Below are positions 62,905 through 64,000 of a stretch of DNA of 64,000 nt, piece after piece. The position numbers and the translations under genes are program-made. The stretch's first letter is position 1; every line of letters begins with the position of its first letter. The notes beneath the pieces are model-generated. The model was not told where the DNA came from, did not search any database, and saw only the letters and a program-made list of their open reading frames with translations. Source of the stretch: Lytechinus pictus (lineage: Eukaryota); contig NC_087252.1 of assembly GCF_037042905.1 (NCBI RefSeq), forward strand, positions 11,224,001 to 11,288,000, written 5' to 3'.

Positions 62905-63063
62905 ATTTAAAAAAAATTGTCATGCATGTCCCCTCCCGGGCTCCGTAATAAATAGACTCCGGGCTGGTGTTAAATCAACACCGAAGTTTTTGCAGTGTGT
63001 TGACGAAGTTCATCCAGGTAGGCACATTGCCCAAGAAAATGCTCCACAGTCTCGTCAGAAGAT

Positions 63064-63481
63064 CCGGGGGGGGGGGCAGTCAAATGTATTGCTGTACACA
63101 CGCGTGGCCAAATTATTTCCAAACATACCCTAAACGAGTTTTTCGCGGGCTTTATTTACACATTTTGGTCCCTAAACAAGTTGTCGCCAGAATATGAACC
63201 CGGGGGAAAAGCTTGGGAGGAAAATAAACCCTAAATACGTTTGGCTAGTCTTAGAAAAAAGTTTTGGAAAAGAAGCATACCCTAAATACGTATGACCCCG
63301 CGATTGACCATTGACCAGTTTTTCAAAACTACCCCTTTTTTTTTAAATCGGTGTTTTTGATACCCTTAACAAGTGCACGCGCGGCCCGCGTCCAAAACTG
63401 AAAAAACACCCCTTTAAACGCGTTTCTAGGTCACGCGTGTGTACAGCAATATATTTGACTGCCCCCCCCCCCCCTCCCGGG
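63064..63481. mobile_element. CCCGGG-ended MITE, same family as 57590
   Basis: Colinear with 57590-58056; both TIRs present; no clean TSD. Confidence 0.85.
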
Positions 63482-63502
63482 CAAGAGGCGAAACTGAGTT
63501 GA

Positions 63503-63614
63503 AGGACAAGTCCACCCCAACCATTAGCTGATTGAGAGGAAAATCCAACAAGCATAACACTGCAAATTTTATCAAAATCGGATGTAAAATAAGAAAGACA
63601 TTTTAAAGTTTCGC
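63503..63614 (+). mobile_element. Kolobok-like MITE left end
   Basis: ttga|aggacaagtccacccc followed by caagcataacactg.aaattt.atcaaaatcgga, similar to 560-630. Confidence 0.55.
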
Positions 63615-63618
63615 TTAA

Positions 63619-64000
63619 GGACGTTCCACAGTTAAAGTGAAGTCCATGTCATTTTCACCAAATTTTGCAGAGAGTTACTTTGGTATCTATGCATTATGAA
63701 AATGCAAAAAAATAATATAGGTTCATGTGCTTATTTTTTTCTACGGGTCTTCAAAGTCGCCGTATTTGAATGACATGCAATCTTGCGCAATCAAGAGAAT
63801 CATGCCTCTCTTAGACCTCACGAATTCACCAAATGCGTTTAAATCATCTTTACTCAGTGGATACCGCATCAAACTTCATCAAATTTTCAAGATATATAGC
63901 AAAGTGTATAACAAAGTAAGAGAAAGTCTTTTAATTGGTAAAACTATATCAATTCGGAGTCAGAAGCGCCCTCATTTGGCAAGAATGGTGCAAAAACTCG
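63619..64000 (+). mobile_element. Possible TTAA-inserted DNA transposon running off the window
   Basis: TTAA|GGACGTTCCACAG interrupts the preceding repeat; the other end is not visible. Confidence 0.35.

Larger units (their letters stand above)
58449..62947. mobile_element. 4.5-kb non-autonomous IS3EU-type foldback transposon with modular TIRs
   Basis: Termini TACGGAGCCC..GGGCTCCGTA; 6-bp TSD ATAAAT (58443-58448 and 62948-62953); arms ~58449-59640 and ~61620-62947; no transposase ORF inside. Confidence 0.88.
58191..62997. mobile_element. CACTG-ended MITE expanded by two nested insertions
   Basis: TIR cactgcaaaaactccggtgttgatttaacaccagccc / gggctggtgttaaatcaacaccgaagtttttgcagtg. Confidence 0.85.

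Noticed and set aside
57590..63481. LTR element or composite transposon bounded by direct repeats
   Set aside because: Each repeat has its own TIRs, the first has its own TSD, the copies are diverged, and there are no TG..CA ends, PBS or gag-pol.

Overview
AT-rich, repeat-saturated animal genomic DNA. The repeat repertoire suggests an echinoderm (sea-urchin-like); this is an inference. No intact host gene is evident. Two non-LTR retrotransposons with APE+RT ORFs dominate: one ORF2-only (15.7-19.4 kb) and one apparently full-length ORF1+ORF2 element (20.5-25.4 kb). There are also several 5'-truncated LINE ends and at least seven tRNA-derived SINEs. Many non-autonomous DNA transposons can be typed from their termini and TSDs: Kolobok-like (TTAA), piggyBac (TTAA), P-like (7 bp), Harbinger (TWA), hAT (8 bp), CACTA-like, Tc1-like, MULE-like, a Helentron-type element with an internal array, and two IS3EU-type foldbacks (TAY..RTA, 6 bp). 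A 43-bp minisatellite lies at 4.3-5.7 kb. The most notable items are a 4.5-kb IS3EU-type foldback with ~1.2-kb modular TIRs inside a nest of insertions, a decayed P2X7-ballast/KolX-like gene split by a MITE, a SINE/L2 shared 3' tail, and filled-versus-empty insertion sites. I cannot claim a clearly new biological system; the candidates are unusual transposon architectures that need database checks.
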